From NCBI GenBank assembly GCA_038251885.1, contig JBBSAX010000072.1:1-21004 (forward strand): DNA of 21,004 nucleotides. The letters are read 5' to 3'. Origin of the DNA: Pyrinomonadales bacterium. GTDB taxonomy: Bacteria > Acidobacteriota > Blastocatellia > Pyrinomonadales > Pyrinomonadaceae. Below are positions 9,029-16,325 of the stretch, piece after piece (position 1 is the first letter of the stretch; every line of letters starts with the position of its first letter). The translations under genes were made by a program, and so were the position numbers. Below the pieces are notes generated by a model that saw only the letters and a list, made by a program, of their open reading frames with translations, searched no databases and was not told the origin of the DNA.

Positions 9029-10192
9029 ATGAACGTAACACATCTCGAATGCGCTAATTGCCATAAAAACTACGAAGCAAATCAATTATTAAATCTCTGC
9101 GGCGAATGCGGCAAACCGCTTCTCGTTCGCTACGATTTGGAGAAAGCGAAAGAAACTTTGACGAAAGATTCGCTTGCTTCGCGTGAATCAAATCTCTGGC
9201 GTTACAAAGAAGTTTTGCCGGTTGAAAATGTTGAAAATATCGTCAGCTTCGGCGAAGGTTGGACACCGCTTTTAGAAACAAAAAAATTGGCTGAATCGCT
9301 TCCCGTAAAATTAAATCTTTTTATCAAAGACGAAGGACAAAATCCGACGCAAAGTTTCAAAGCTCGCGGAATGACGGCGGCGATCTCGATGGCAAAAGAA
9401 TTGGGCATAAAGAAATTAGCCGTGCCTTCGGCGGGAAATGCGGCTGGCGCATTAGCGGCTTATGCGGCACGGGCGGGAATGGAAGCCTTTATATTTATGC
9501 CTTCAGATACGCCGAAAGCGAACATCATCGAATGTCAGCAGACTGGCGCGAATGTTACTTTGATTGACGGTTTAATTACCGATTGCGGCGCGGAAGTCGC
9601 GCGACGAAAAGACTCGGAAGGTTGGTTTGACGTTTCGACTTTGAAAGAACCGTATCGCGTCGAAGGCAAAAAGACGATGGGTTACGAACTCGCCGAGCAA
9701 TTCAAATGGAATTTGCCGGACGTGATTTTATATCCGACGGGCGGCGGAACGGGTTTGATCGGAATGTGGAAGGCGTTTGACGAGATGGAAAAAATGGGTT
9801 GGATCGGTGAAAAAAGACCGCGAATGATTTCCGTTCAATCTCTGACCTGTGCGCCGATTGTTCGCGCTTTTCACGAAGGCAAACGCTTTGCCGACGAATT
9901 TGAAAATGCCGAAACGGTCGCTTCCGGTTTGCGAGTTCCGAAGGCGATCGGCGATTTTTTGATAATTGACGCACTTCACGAATCGCACGGAACTGCAATC
10001 GCTGTTTCCGATGAAGAATTGGTCAAAGCCGTCAAGGAAATCGGCGCAGCGGAAGGCATTTTTACTGCACCCGAAGGTGCGGCGTGTCTTCCGGCTTTGC
10101 GAACTATGATCGAGCAGGATTTGGTCAAAGAAAATGAAACTGTCGTGATTTTCAACACCGGCGCGGGCGTGAAATATTTGGAGTGTTTCTAA
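9029..10192 (+). CDS. thrC: threonine synthase-like PLP-dependent enzyme (fold type II) with N-terminal zinc ribbon
   Basis: N-terminal CANC...CGEC knuckles, [12 protein letters not shown]-lysine motif QSFKARGM and glycine loop [10 protein letters not shown]. Starts 6 nt after the permease stop. The family assignment is solid. Substrate specificity (ThrC versus a related synthase) cannot be settled from sequence alone. Confidence 0.75.
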   Translation: MNVTHLECANCHKNYEANQLLNLCGECGKPLLVRYDLEKAKETLTKDSLASRESNLWRYKEVLPVENVENIVSFGEGWTPLLETKKLAESLPVKLNLFIKDEGQNPTQSFKARGMTAAISMAKELGIKKLAVPSAGNAAGALAAYAARAGMEAFIFMPSDTPKANIIECQQTGANVTLIDGLITDCGAEVARRKDSEGWFDVSTLKEPYRVEGKKTMGYELAEQFKWNLPDVILYPTGGGTGLIGMWKAFDEMEKMGWIGEKRPRMISVQSLTCAPIVRAFHEGKRFADEFENAETVASGLRVPKAIGDFLIIDALHESHGTAIAVSDEELVKAVKEIGAAEGIFTAPEGAACLPALRTMIEQDLVKENETVVIFNTGAGVKYLECF

Positions 10193-10193
10193 A

Positions 10194-10472
10194 AAAAACG
10201 GAACGCGAACTTTAGTTCGCCGGAAAACTTAAATGTTTTGAACAAATTAATTGAAGGATGTGCAAATTAAAGTTTATTGCTTTCAATAATTAATACTCGG
10301 AATAGATGAGAGATGAAAGATGATAACTGATAGATTAAATCTGTCATCTGTTACCTATCAATTATCATCTACTCCGAATAGCTTTTCTTAAATTTCTAAT
10401 TTGCACATCCTTCAACTAATTCTATAAATTAACGATTTATGACTGGCGAACTAAAGTTCGTGTTCCGTTTTT
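10194..10472. repeat. ~279-bp nested imperfect palindrome (MITE-like element, giant terminator hairpin or structured RNA)
   Basis: Outer arms 10194-10221 / 10445-10472 are complementary at 27/28 positions; the one mismatch is G-T. Inner arms 10251-10269 / 10397-10415 are perfect over 19 bp. Core arms 10319-10333 / 10355-10369 match at 14/15. Each outer arm also holds its own GCGAAC-N4-GTTCG(C/T) hairpin. The left end is an A-run and the right end a T-run. Confidence 0.8.
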
Positions 10473-10561
10473 CATATCAATTTAAAACCATTTTACAGAA
10501 ATCTACGAAGTAAAAAGTGAAGTCTTAACAAAAATAGCAATACGAACAAGGGAATATAAAA

Positions 10562-11284
10562 ATGAATTTAGAAGGAAAAACAGTATTAATTGTCGGCGCG
10601 GGACGCGGAATAGGTCGTGCTGTCGCCGAACTTTTTTCAAACGAACACGCCAATATCGTCATCAGTTCGCGCAGCGAAGCCGAATTGATGGAACTCGAAT
10701 ATAAATTGAACACGAAGGGAAATCCGAATGTTCTTGCACTAGCGGCTGATGCTTCGGTCGAAGCGGACGTAAAATCTCTGGTCGAGCAAAGTATCAGTAA
10801 ATTCGGTTCGATAGATTTTTTGATTCACGCGGCGGGAATGGGAGTTTTGAAACCATTCGGCGAACTGACGCTTGAAGATTTTGATAACCTGATGAATGTC
10901 AATGTCCGAACGGCTTTTAATGTTTTGCAAGCGGTTTTGCCGCAAATGGCAGAGCAAAAATTCGGTCGCGTTGTGGCAATTCCGGGAATTTTGGGCAAAG
11001 CACCGATGATGCAGGCTTCCGTCTATTGCGCGGCAAAATACGCTCTGACGGGAATGATAAAATGTTTGAAGGACGAATATAAACGCTATGGAATTCGTTT
11101 TTCATTAATGCACTTCGGCGGCGTTGATTCTTCGTTTTGGGACAATATCACGATGAAGGTTCAGCGCGACAAAATGCTTTCGGTCGAAGCGGCGGCAAAT
11201 GCCGTATTTTTCGCCGCGACACAATCCGGCGAAGGCGTAATGTCGGAAATTGTTTTAATGCCCGAATCTCATCAACTCGTTTGA
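10562..11284 (+). CDS. short-chain dehydrogenase/reductase (SDR) family oxidoreductase
   Basis: Rossmann motif VGAGRGIGRA, LIHAAG, catalytic YCAAKYAL (YxxxK). 240 aa, typical of classical SDRs. Confidence 0.9.
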   Translation: MNLEGKTVLIVGAGRGIGRAVAELFSNEHANIVISSRSEAELMELEYKLNTKGNPNVLALAADASVEADVKSLVEQSISKFGSIDFLIHAAGMGVLKPFGELTLEDFDNLMNVNVRTAFNVLQAVLPQMAEQKFGRVVAIPGILGKAPMMQASVYCAAKYALTGMIKCLKDEYKRYGIRFSLMHFGGVDSSFWDNITMKVQRDKMLSVEAAANAVFFAATQSGEGVMSEIVLMPESHQLV

Positions 11285-11341
11285 ATGACTGAGATTTCGT
11301 GATTTTATTTGAATGGCGAAGGTAAAAAAATAGCAAATAGT

Positions 11342-11377
11342 AAAAAGTCGGATTGATTAAGTTCAATCCGACTTTTT
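11342..11377 (+). terminator. rho-independent terminator after the SDR gene
   Basis: AAAAAGTCGGATTGA-TTAAGT-TCAATCCGACTTTTT: an 11-bp perfect stem (11346-11356 / 11363-11373), a 6-nt loop and a T5 tail. Confidence 0.8.
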
Positions 11378-11510
11378 GCATTAAATTTTAATTTTTCGGT
11401 TCAATAAACAAATCTTAAAAAAAAACTAAAGTTTTATAATTTTCAGCCGAAATGTAGAAAGGATAAATTTCCATTATCCAAATTCTTATTACGCAAAATA
11501 TTATAAAACA

Positions 11511-12422
11511 ATGTTTAGTTCAGTAAATCAGACAACCACCTTTGAAGAAACAACAGCACCACCCGAAAATAGTATTGCGAAAATTCTCAAAGCAAATCTG
11601 CCGCCTTTGCCGGGAAGTGTTTTTCGCGTTTTGGAATTATTGCGCGATGTCAATGTTACAAATTCCGCCTTAGCAAACGCAGTCGGTTACGATCCATTAT
11701 TGGCGGCGCGTCTTTTGCGTCTGGCAAATTCGACATATTATTCACGCCAAAATAATGTCACGACGATTTCCAGAGCGATTGACACAATCGGCACGAAAGC
11801 CCTTTATGACGCGGTAATGCTCGGCGTTGCCGCCAACACATTTTCTAAAGAAATCGAAGGTTCGGAAACCGGACGCGCAATTTGGGAGCATTCGTTGGCA
11901 GTCGCAATTTTAGCCCGAAAATTGACCGATGTTCTGCAAATGCGCGGTGCGGAAAACGCCTTTCTCTGCGGACTTCTGCACGACATCGGCAAATTGATTT
12001 TATTAAAATCCGATCCCGAAGGTTACAACTCTCTTTTAGACAGAAATGATGAGGATGAAATGATGAAATCCGAAGATGAATTCTTCGGGGTTAATCACGC
12101 CGAAGTCGGCGCATTATTGATCAAACGCTGGAACTTACCGGACGCAATTTCATCCGTTATCCTTTATCATCACGAGCCTGCAAAAACCGATCAAGCGATT
12201 TTTACCGCGCACGTTATCAGCGTAGCTGACCTGATCGCCGATACTTATGGTTACGGGGTTTCTCCGATAAAAGAAGACAATTATACGGAAGACGAAGAAA
12301 TCTCGTTGTTGCAATCGGACTCGATATTCGCACTTCATTTAACACAATCGCAGATGTTCGAAGCGTGGGAAAGTATTCAGCCGAATCTGCAAGATATTGT
12401 TAAAACTTTCAGAGGAAAGTGA
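11511..12422 (+). CDS. HDOD domain-containing protein (stand-alone)
   Basis: Typical HDOD blocks: LPPLPGSVFRVLELL, GYDPLLAARLLRLANSTYY, IGTKALYD, WEHSLAVA, CGLLHDIGKLIL, NHAEVGALL, ILYHHEP. No receiver, GGDEF/EAL or other partner domain. Confidence 0.85.
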   Translation: MFSSVNQTTTFEETTAPPENSIAKILKANLPPLPGSVFRVLELLRDVNVTNSALANAVGYDPLLAARLLRLANSTYYSRQNNVTTISRAIDTIGTKALYDAVMLGVAANTFSKEIEGSETGRAIWEHSLAVAILARKLTDVLQMRGAENAFLCGLLHDIGKLILLKSDPEGYNSLLDRNDEDEMMKSEDEFFGVNHAEVGALLIKRWNLPDAISSVILYHHEPAKTDQAIFTAHVISVADLIADTYGYGVSPIKEDNYTEDEEISLLQSDSIFALHLTQSQMFEAWESIQPNLQDIVKTFRGK

Positions 12423-12548
12423 AAAGTTGACAGCAAGTTATCAGAGTTAAAGAAAGTTTGCGGATAGTTTGAAAACATCCAACTTGCTCCAAAAAACGCT
12501 TTAAAATTATTAAATTCCAATTTATAAAATACGCCGAAATAAATAAAT

Positions 12549-13427
12549 ATGATTCCATATACCAATCAATACGAACCGCCAATGCCCGTTATCAAATCTA
12601 AAGTTGATATTGAAACTCTTTTGATCACAAAATTACCGCCGTCGCCCGGAACGATGATGCGGATCACCACGCTTTTGCGCGATTATAATGCTTCGACACG
12701 GGAAGTTACGCAAGCGATCAGCTACGAACCTGTTTTAGTTGTTCGTATTTTGCGTCTGGCAAATTCGCCCGTTTACGCGCTTGAAAGAAACGTAACTTCG
12801 ATTCAGGCGGCAATGGCAGCGGTCGGCACGAAAGCGATTCACGACATTGTAATGATCGGTCTGGCTTCGACGACATTTTCAAAAGAGATTAAAAATTCGC
12901 CGATTGCCAGAAAGATTTGGGAACATTCGCTCGCGGTCGCAATGACAGCGCGTGAACTGAGCAAAGTTCTCGGAATGCGCGGAACGGAAGAAGCCTTCAC
13001 CTGCGGACTTCTGCACGACATCGGTAAACTCATTCTTTTGAGCAACGATATTGAAGGCTATCCGACGATTTTGGGCTACACCGGAGAAAACGATATGCTG
13101 TGGGGCGAAGACGAATTATACGGCTACAATCACACCGAAGTCGGTTCGCTGATTGCACGGCGTTGGAATCTGCCGGAAGAAGTTTATTATTCGATTCTGC
13201 ATCACCACAACCCGTCGCAATCGGATCAGGGAAATATTGTCACACATCTCGTTGACATTGCCGACACAATGGCAAATATCAAAGGCTACGGCTTACGCCC
13301 CGAAGAAGAAGAAAAACTCGAAAATTCCGAGTCCGTGATGAAACTCGGTTTTACTCCAGTGCATCTCGAAAACGCTTGGAAAAATGCCGAAAGCAACATC
13401 AACGAAGTGATAAAAACTTTTGCTTAG
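12549..13427 (+). CDS. HDOD domain-containing protein (stand-alone), paralogue of 11511..12422
   Basis: The same block order: LPPSPGTMMRITTLL, SYEPVLVVRILRLANSPVY, VGTKAIHD, WEHSLAVA, CGLLHDIGKLIL, NHTEVGSLI, ILHHHNP. Confidence 0.85.
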   Translation: MIPYTNQYEPPMPVIKSKVDIETLLITKLPPSPGTMMRITTLLRDYNASTREVTQAISYEPVLVVRILRLANSPVYALERNVTSIQAAMAAVGTKAIHDIVMIGLASTTFSKEIKNSPIARKIWEHSLAVAMTARELSKVLGMRGTEEAFTCGLLHDIGKLILLSNDIEGYPTILGYTGENDMLWGEDELYGYNHTEVGSLIARRWNLPEEVYYSILHHHNPSQSDQGNIVTHLVDIADTMANIKGYGLRPEEEEKLENSESVMKLGFTPVHLENAWKNAESNINEVIKTFA

Positions 13428-13457
13428 AAATTTACACAATTCTATTTCAAAGTATAA

Positions 13458-13495
13458 AATCCCGATTACGTTTATGTAGTCGGGATTCTTTCTTT
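13458..13495 (+). terminator. rho-independent terminator after the second HDOD gene
   Basis: AATCCCGATTA-CGTTTATG-TAGTCGGGATT: 11 bp including one G-U pair, followed by CTTTCTTT. Confidence 0.6.
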
Positions 13496-13594
13496 GATTT
13501 GAGAAAAATTATCATTTGTCCGGCTTTTAAAACTGTAATTTTTAGACTTTCAGAATAGTTACTGATGATTGTAAAATATCTCTGAGGTTAAAAA

Positions 13595-13834
13595 ATGAAT
13601 TGGCAAGATAAAATCGTTTCGGATAAAGAAATTTTGCTTGGCAAGCCGACAATTAAAGGAACACGGCTTTCGGTCGAGTTTGTTCTCGAACGTCTGGCAA
13701 GCGGTTGGACGCAAGAACAGCTTTTGGAAAATTATCCGCGTTTGACAAGAGAAAATTTGCAGGCGGTTTTCGCTTACGTGGCGGATTGTTTCAAGGACGG
13801 TTTGATGTATGAACTTTCGGCAGAAACCGTGTAA
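13595..13834 (+). CDS. DUF433 domain protein (antitoxin-like, orphan)
   Basis: GAGG lies 9 nt upstream of the ATG. The sequence ILLGKPTIKGTRLSVEFVLERLASGWTQEQLLENYPRLTRENLQAVFAY matches my recollection of the DUF433 signature (GxPxIxGTRxxV...Y). Confidence 0.75.
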   Translation: MNWQDKIVSDKEILLGKPTIKGTRLSVEFVLERLASGWTQEQLLENYPRLTRENLQAVFAYVADCFKDGLMYELSAETV

Positions 13835-13873
13835 GAAAATTTTTGTTATAATTTCAGCAAGGAGAAAAGAGAA

Positions 13874-14125
13874 ATGGAAATTACATTTACAATTTCTGAT
13901 GAAACAGCCAAACAACTTTCCAGACGCGCCGGTAAAGAAGGGCAGAATGTTTCGACCTTTATGGCTAAAATTGCCGAGCGCGAAGCGAAAAAACCGACGC
14001 TCGACGAAGTTCTTGCGCCCGTCCGCCGTCAGTTTGCCGAAAGCGGTATGAACGAAAACGAATTAACCGAACTCGTCAGGGAAGAAAGAAAGGCGATTCA
14101 AAAAGAAAAGCGCGGGGAAAAATAG
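13874..14125 (+). CDS. ribbon-helix-helix-type antitoxin (partner of the PIN gene)
   Basis: AAGGAG lies 8 nt upstream of the ATG. The N-terminal beta-strand EITFTISDE plus helix AKQLSRRAGKEGQNVSTFMAKIA looks RHH/CopG-like. Its stop TAG (14123-14125) abuts the ATG of the PIN gene (14126). The tail is charged. Confidence 0.65.
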   Translation: MEITFTISDETAKQLSRRAGKEGQNVSTFMAKIAEREAKKPTLDEVLAPVRRQFAESGMNENELTELVREERKAIQKEKRGEK

Positions 14126-14611
14126 ATGTATGACAAAAAAATCGCCGTTGTTTTTGATTGCAACATTTATATTCAAATTGTCTTGAACTCTTTCGGCGCG
14201 GCGAAATCCTGTTATAATTTGATTGATAAAAACGAAATCGAACTCTTTATAACGCAAGAAATTTTAGAAGAAACAGCCGATGTCTTATCGCGTCCGCGAA
14301 TTAAAAAGTTGGTTCCTGCGCTGACTCCTGCACTGATCGAAGATTTTTTGGAAGACATTGCTTCAAAAGCCGTAATAATCGAAAATATTCCCGAAGAATT
14401 TAAATACGAACGCGACCCGGACGACGCGCTTTATATCAATTTAGCTGTTATAGTTCCAGCCGACTACCTGATTAGTTTAGACAGAGATTTGCTTGATTTG
14501 ATGAAAGACGATTATAAGGAAAGCCGGGAATTTATGAAGCGTTATCCTTTTATAAAAGTGCTAACGCCGCAAGAACTTTTAAAGAAGATAGATGAACTAA
14601 GAAAACTTTGA
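14126..14611 (+). CDS. PIN-domain toxin (PIN_3 / 'putative TA system toxin component, PIN family' type)
   Basis: Acidic PIN positions occur in the expected order: VVFDCNIY, ITQEILEETADVL, DPDDALYINLAV, LISLDRDLL. It abuts the upstream small antitoxin gene. Confidence 0.8.
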   Translation: MYDKKIAVVFDCNIYIQIVLNSFGAAKSCYNLIDKNEIELFITQEILEETADVLSRPRIKKLVPALTPALIEDFLEDIASKAVIIENIPEEFKYERDPDDALYINLAVIVPADYLISLDRDLLDLMKDDYKESREFMKRYPFIKVLTPQELLKKIDELRKL

Positions 14612-14615
14612 TTAA

Positions 14616-14690
14616 ACACTCGTCGGATTCGCTTTTACTTCCGACAAACATTTTGAACAAGCGGGATTTATTAAACTTTTAGAGAAATAA
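14616..14690 (+). pseudogene. 3'-terminal remnant of a vapC-type PIN gene
   Basis: 14638-14690 is 48/53 identical to the last 53 nt (16200-16252) of the intact vapC-like gene. It reads ...AFTSDKHFEQAGFIKLLEK* against ...AFTSDKHFEQAGFIKLLGK*. The frame is closed by TAA at 14613-14615, so only ~24 codons survive. Confidence 0.85.
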
Positions 14691-14776
14691 AATATCTTCT
14701 CTGTGGCAATCCACGTAGAAAAACCGCGAAATATTTTTAATAATCAAGCAAGAAACAAATTTGGAGAATTTAAGTT

Positions 14777-15499
14777 ATGCGTCTTCTTGCTTTTTATTTT
14801 ACAGTTGCGTTTTTAGCTTTTGGGATTGGAATATTGATCGTTTCAAAATTCTATCAAAAATCGGAAAATACAATTATTAATGTAGTTGAAACAAAGATAA
14901 TTCAAGATAAAAAGAATATTTCCAAAGATTTCGGAACTGGTTCTGCAACTTCTGACAGACTAATGAATGAGCCTGTTTATGTTCCAAAATTGCATAAACC
15001 GACGTGTAGCGACAAAAAATTATTACCGATTTGGAATGAATTAAAAAAAGACAAAGAGTTTAAAGAACGCGAAAAAGAATTTTATCAGAAAGCCGATTGC
15101 TCAGAAATGTTGCATATTCAAAAAGCAGACTTAAATGATGATGGGCAGAAAGAGATTATTTTATCAGGAAATAACAGTAATTTATGTGATGCCGCCTTCA
15201 GTTGTTTTTATTGGATTTTCGAGAAAAAGGGCAACAAATATAAACAAATTCTTCGCTCAACTGCTACTGGTTACAATGAAATTGCTAATTATACAATAAA
15301 GAGAGGCATTGAAATTGGCAAAACAAAATCAAATGGTTATCGGGCAATTATTTTGAGAGGCGGTCCAGGTTATCAAACATTTCAATCTACATTTCGGTTT
15401 GAAGATAATAAATATGAAGAAAAGGAATGTTTGACTTTTGATGTTGTTCTTAATAATAAGGATTGGGTTAGAAGTTGCAAGGAAGCGTGGAAAGAATAG
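14777..15499 (+). CDS. membrane-anchored hypothetical protein (cargo 1)
   Basis: GGAG lies 10 nt upstream of the ATG. N-terminal TM anchor MRLLAFYFTVAFLAFGIGILIV. It contains a DLNDDGQKEII FG-GAP/VCBS-like turn and several Cys. A 60-nt sample at the start is 20/60 G+C, markedly AT-richer than flanking genes. Confidence 0.65.
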   Translation: MRLLAFYFTVAFLAFGIGILIVSKFYQKSENTIINVVETKIIQDKKNISKDFGTGSATSDRLMNEPVYVPKLHKPTCSDKKLLPIWNELKKDKEFKEREKEFYQKADCSEMLHIQKADLNDDGQKEIILSGNNSNLCDAAFSCFYWIFEKKGNKYKQILRSTATGYNEIANYTIKRGIEIGKTKSNGYRAIILRGGPGYQTFQSTFRFEDNKYEEKECLTFDVVLNNKDWVRSCKEAWKE

Positions 15500-15544
15500 T
15501 TCAATTGAATATAATGCTCCATAAAACTTGGAAAAATCTCAATA

Positions 15545-15591
15545 ATTTGTTAGTTTCAACCTTTAATTTCTGCAACTAAAACGGAAAATTT
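15545..15591 (+). repeat. copy 1 of a 47-nt junction repeat (5' region of the antitoxin-vapC pair)
   Basis: ATTTGTTAGTTTCAACCTTTAATTTCTGCAACTAAAACGGAAAATTT is 43/47 identical to 16812-16858. Weaker similarity extends ~20 nt upstream (AAACTTGGA / AAATTTGGA). Confidence 0.9.
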
Positions 15592-15597
15592 ACAGCT

Positions 15598-15834
15598 ATG
15601 ATAAAAGTCAAAGGAAAGGTAGAAAACGGCAAAATTCTCGCGCTCGAACCTGTGGATGATTACGAAGGCAAAGACGTAATTATAACTTTAGATGACGAGC
15701 CGGAATCGGAAAATCAAAGCGGTTGGAAAAGATTGTTGACGGTTATCGAAGAAAACCAAATTGACGCGAATATTACCGATTTAGCACATCAGCACGACCA
15801 TTATTTATATGGCAAATCAAAGCGTGAAGATTAA
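15598..15834 (+). CDS. antitoxin (AF2212/DUF104-like N-terminus) paired with VapC
   Basis: MIKVKGKVENGKILALEPVDDYEGKDVIITLDD resembles the short DUF104-type antitoxin fold. 78 aa with an acidic tail. It overlaps the start of the PIN gene by 26 nt. Confidence 0.6.
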   Translation: MIKVKGKVENGKILALEPVDDYEGKDVIITLDDEPESENQSGWKRLLTVIEENQIDANITDLAHQHDHYLYGKSKRED

Positions 15835-16252
15835 ACCGCGCGAAAATGTTTTTGCCGACACAGCCGCTTTTATCGCGCTTCTGATTCGCAGAGATGAGTT
15901 TCATCAAAAAGCTAACGAAATAATGGCTGAGTTGAGCGGAAAAGACACAAAATTATTTGTTACCGAACTAATTCTTATCGAACTTGCCAACGCTCTTTCA
16001 TCAGTCGAACTTCGAGCGCGAGCCGTGATTTTGATTGACGAATTACAGACGCTTCCGAATGTTGAAATCATTTGGTCAAGCACCGAACTCTTTAAAAAAG
16101 CGTGGACTCTCTACGGCGAAAGACCCGACAAAGAATGGAGTTTGACCGACTGCGCGAGCTTCGTCGTGATGAAAGAACTCGGAATCAATCTAGCATTCAC
16201 CTCCGACAAACATTTTGAACAAGCAGGATTTATTAAACTTTTGGGAAAATAA
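15809..16252 (+). CDS. vapC: VapC-type PIN-domain toxin
   Basis: The four conserved acidic positions are in PIN order: VFADTAAFIAL, TELILIELANAL, SLTDCASFVVM, AFTSDKHFEQAGF. 147 aa, overlapping the upstream antitoxin. The start could instead be GTG 15824. Confidence 0.85.
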   Translation: MANQSVKIKPRENVFADTAAFIALLIRRDEFHQKANEIMAELSGKDTKLFVTELILIELANALSSVELRARAVILIDELQTLPNVEIIWSSTELFKKAWTLYGERPDKEWSLTDCASFVVMKELGINLAFTSDKHFEQAGFIKLLGK

Positions 16253-16325
16253 TATTATGAATCCGGTTACTTTTTGTTTTACGGTTGCACTATTAGTATT
16301 CGAAACTGTGTTTGATTAAATTCTT

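Noticed and set aside
11148-11381. Minus-strand 77-aa ORF downstream of the SDR gene
   Set aside because: It spans the rho-independent terminator hairpin and overlaps the SDR 3' end, with no RBS or motif.
12426-12486. TTGACA at 12426 plus the 8-bp inverted repeat AGCAAGTT/AACTTGCT as a promoter/operator for the second HDOD gene
   Set aside because: No acceptable -10 hexamer lies at 16-19 nt spacing. The 8-bp arms with a 41-nt loop are within chance expectation for this composition.
13809-14051. 80-aa ORF overlapping the DUF433 3' end and the RHH antitoxin (also 13559..13915 on the minus strand), as a possible DUF433 partner toxin
   Set aside because: It is highly basic and low-complexity (KKEKWK, KRKNRRS) and out of frame with the well-supported RHH gene, which has a strong AAGGAG RBS. 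No PIN-like acidic residues.
15547-15579. Mini-ORF inside the junction repeat (TTG-LVSTFNFCN* against TTG-LALTFNFCI* in copy 2) as a leader or precursor peptide
   Set aside because: There is no RBS. In copy 2 a TGA lies 2 codons upstream. All coding differences between the copies change the amino acid, so there is no sign of purifying selection on the peptide.
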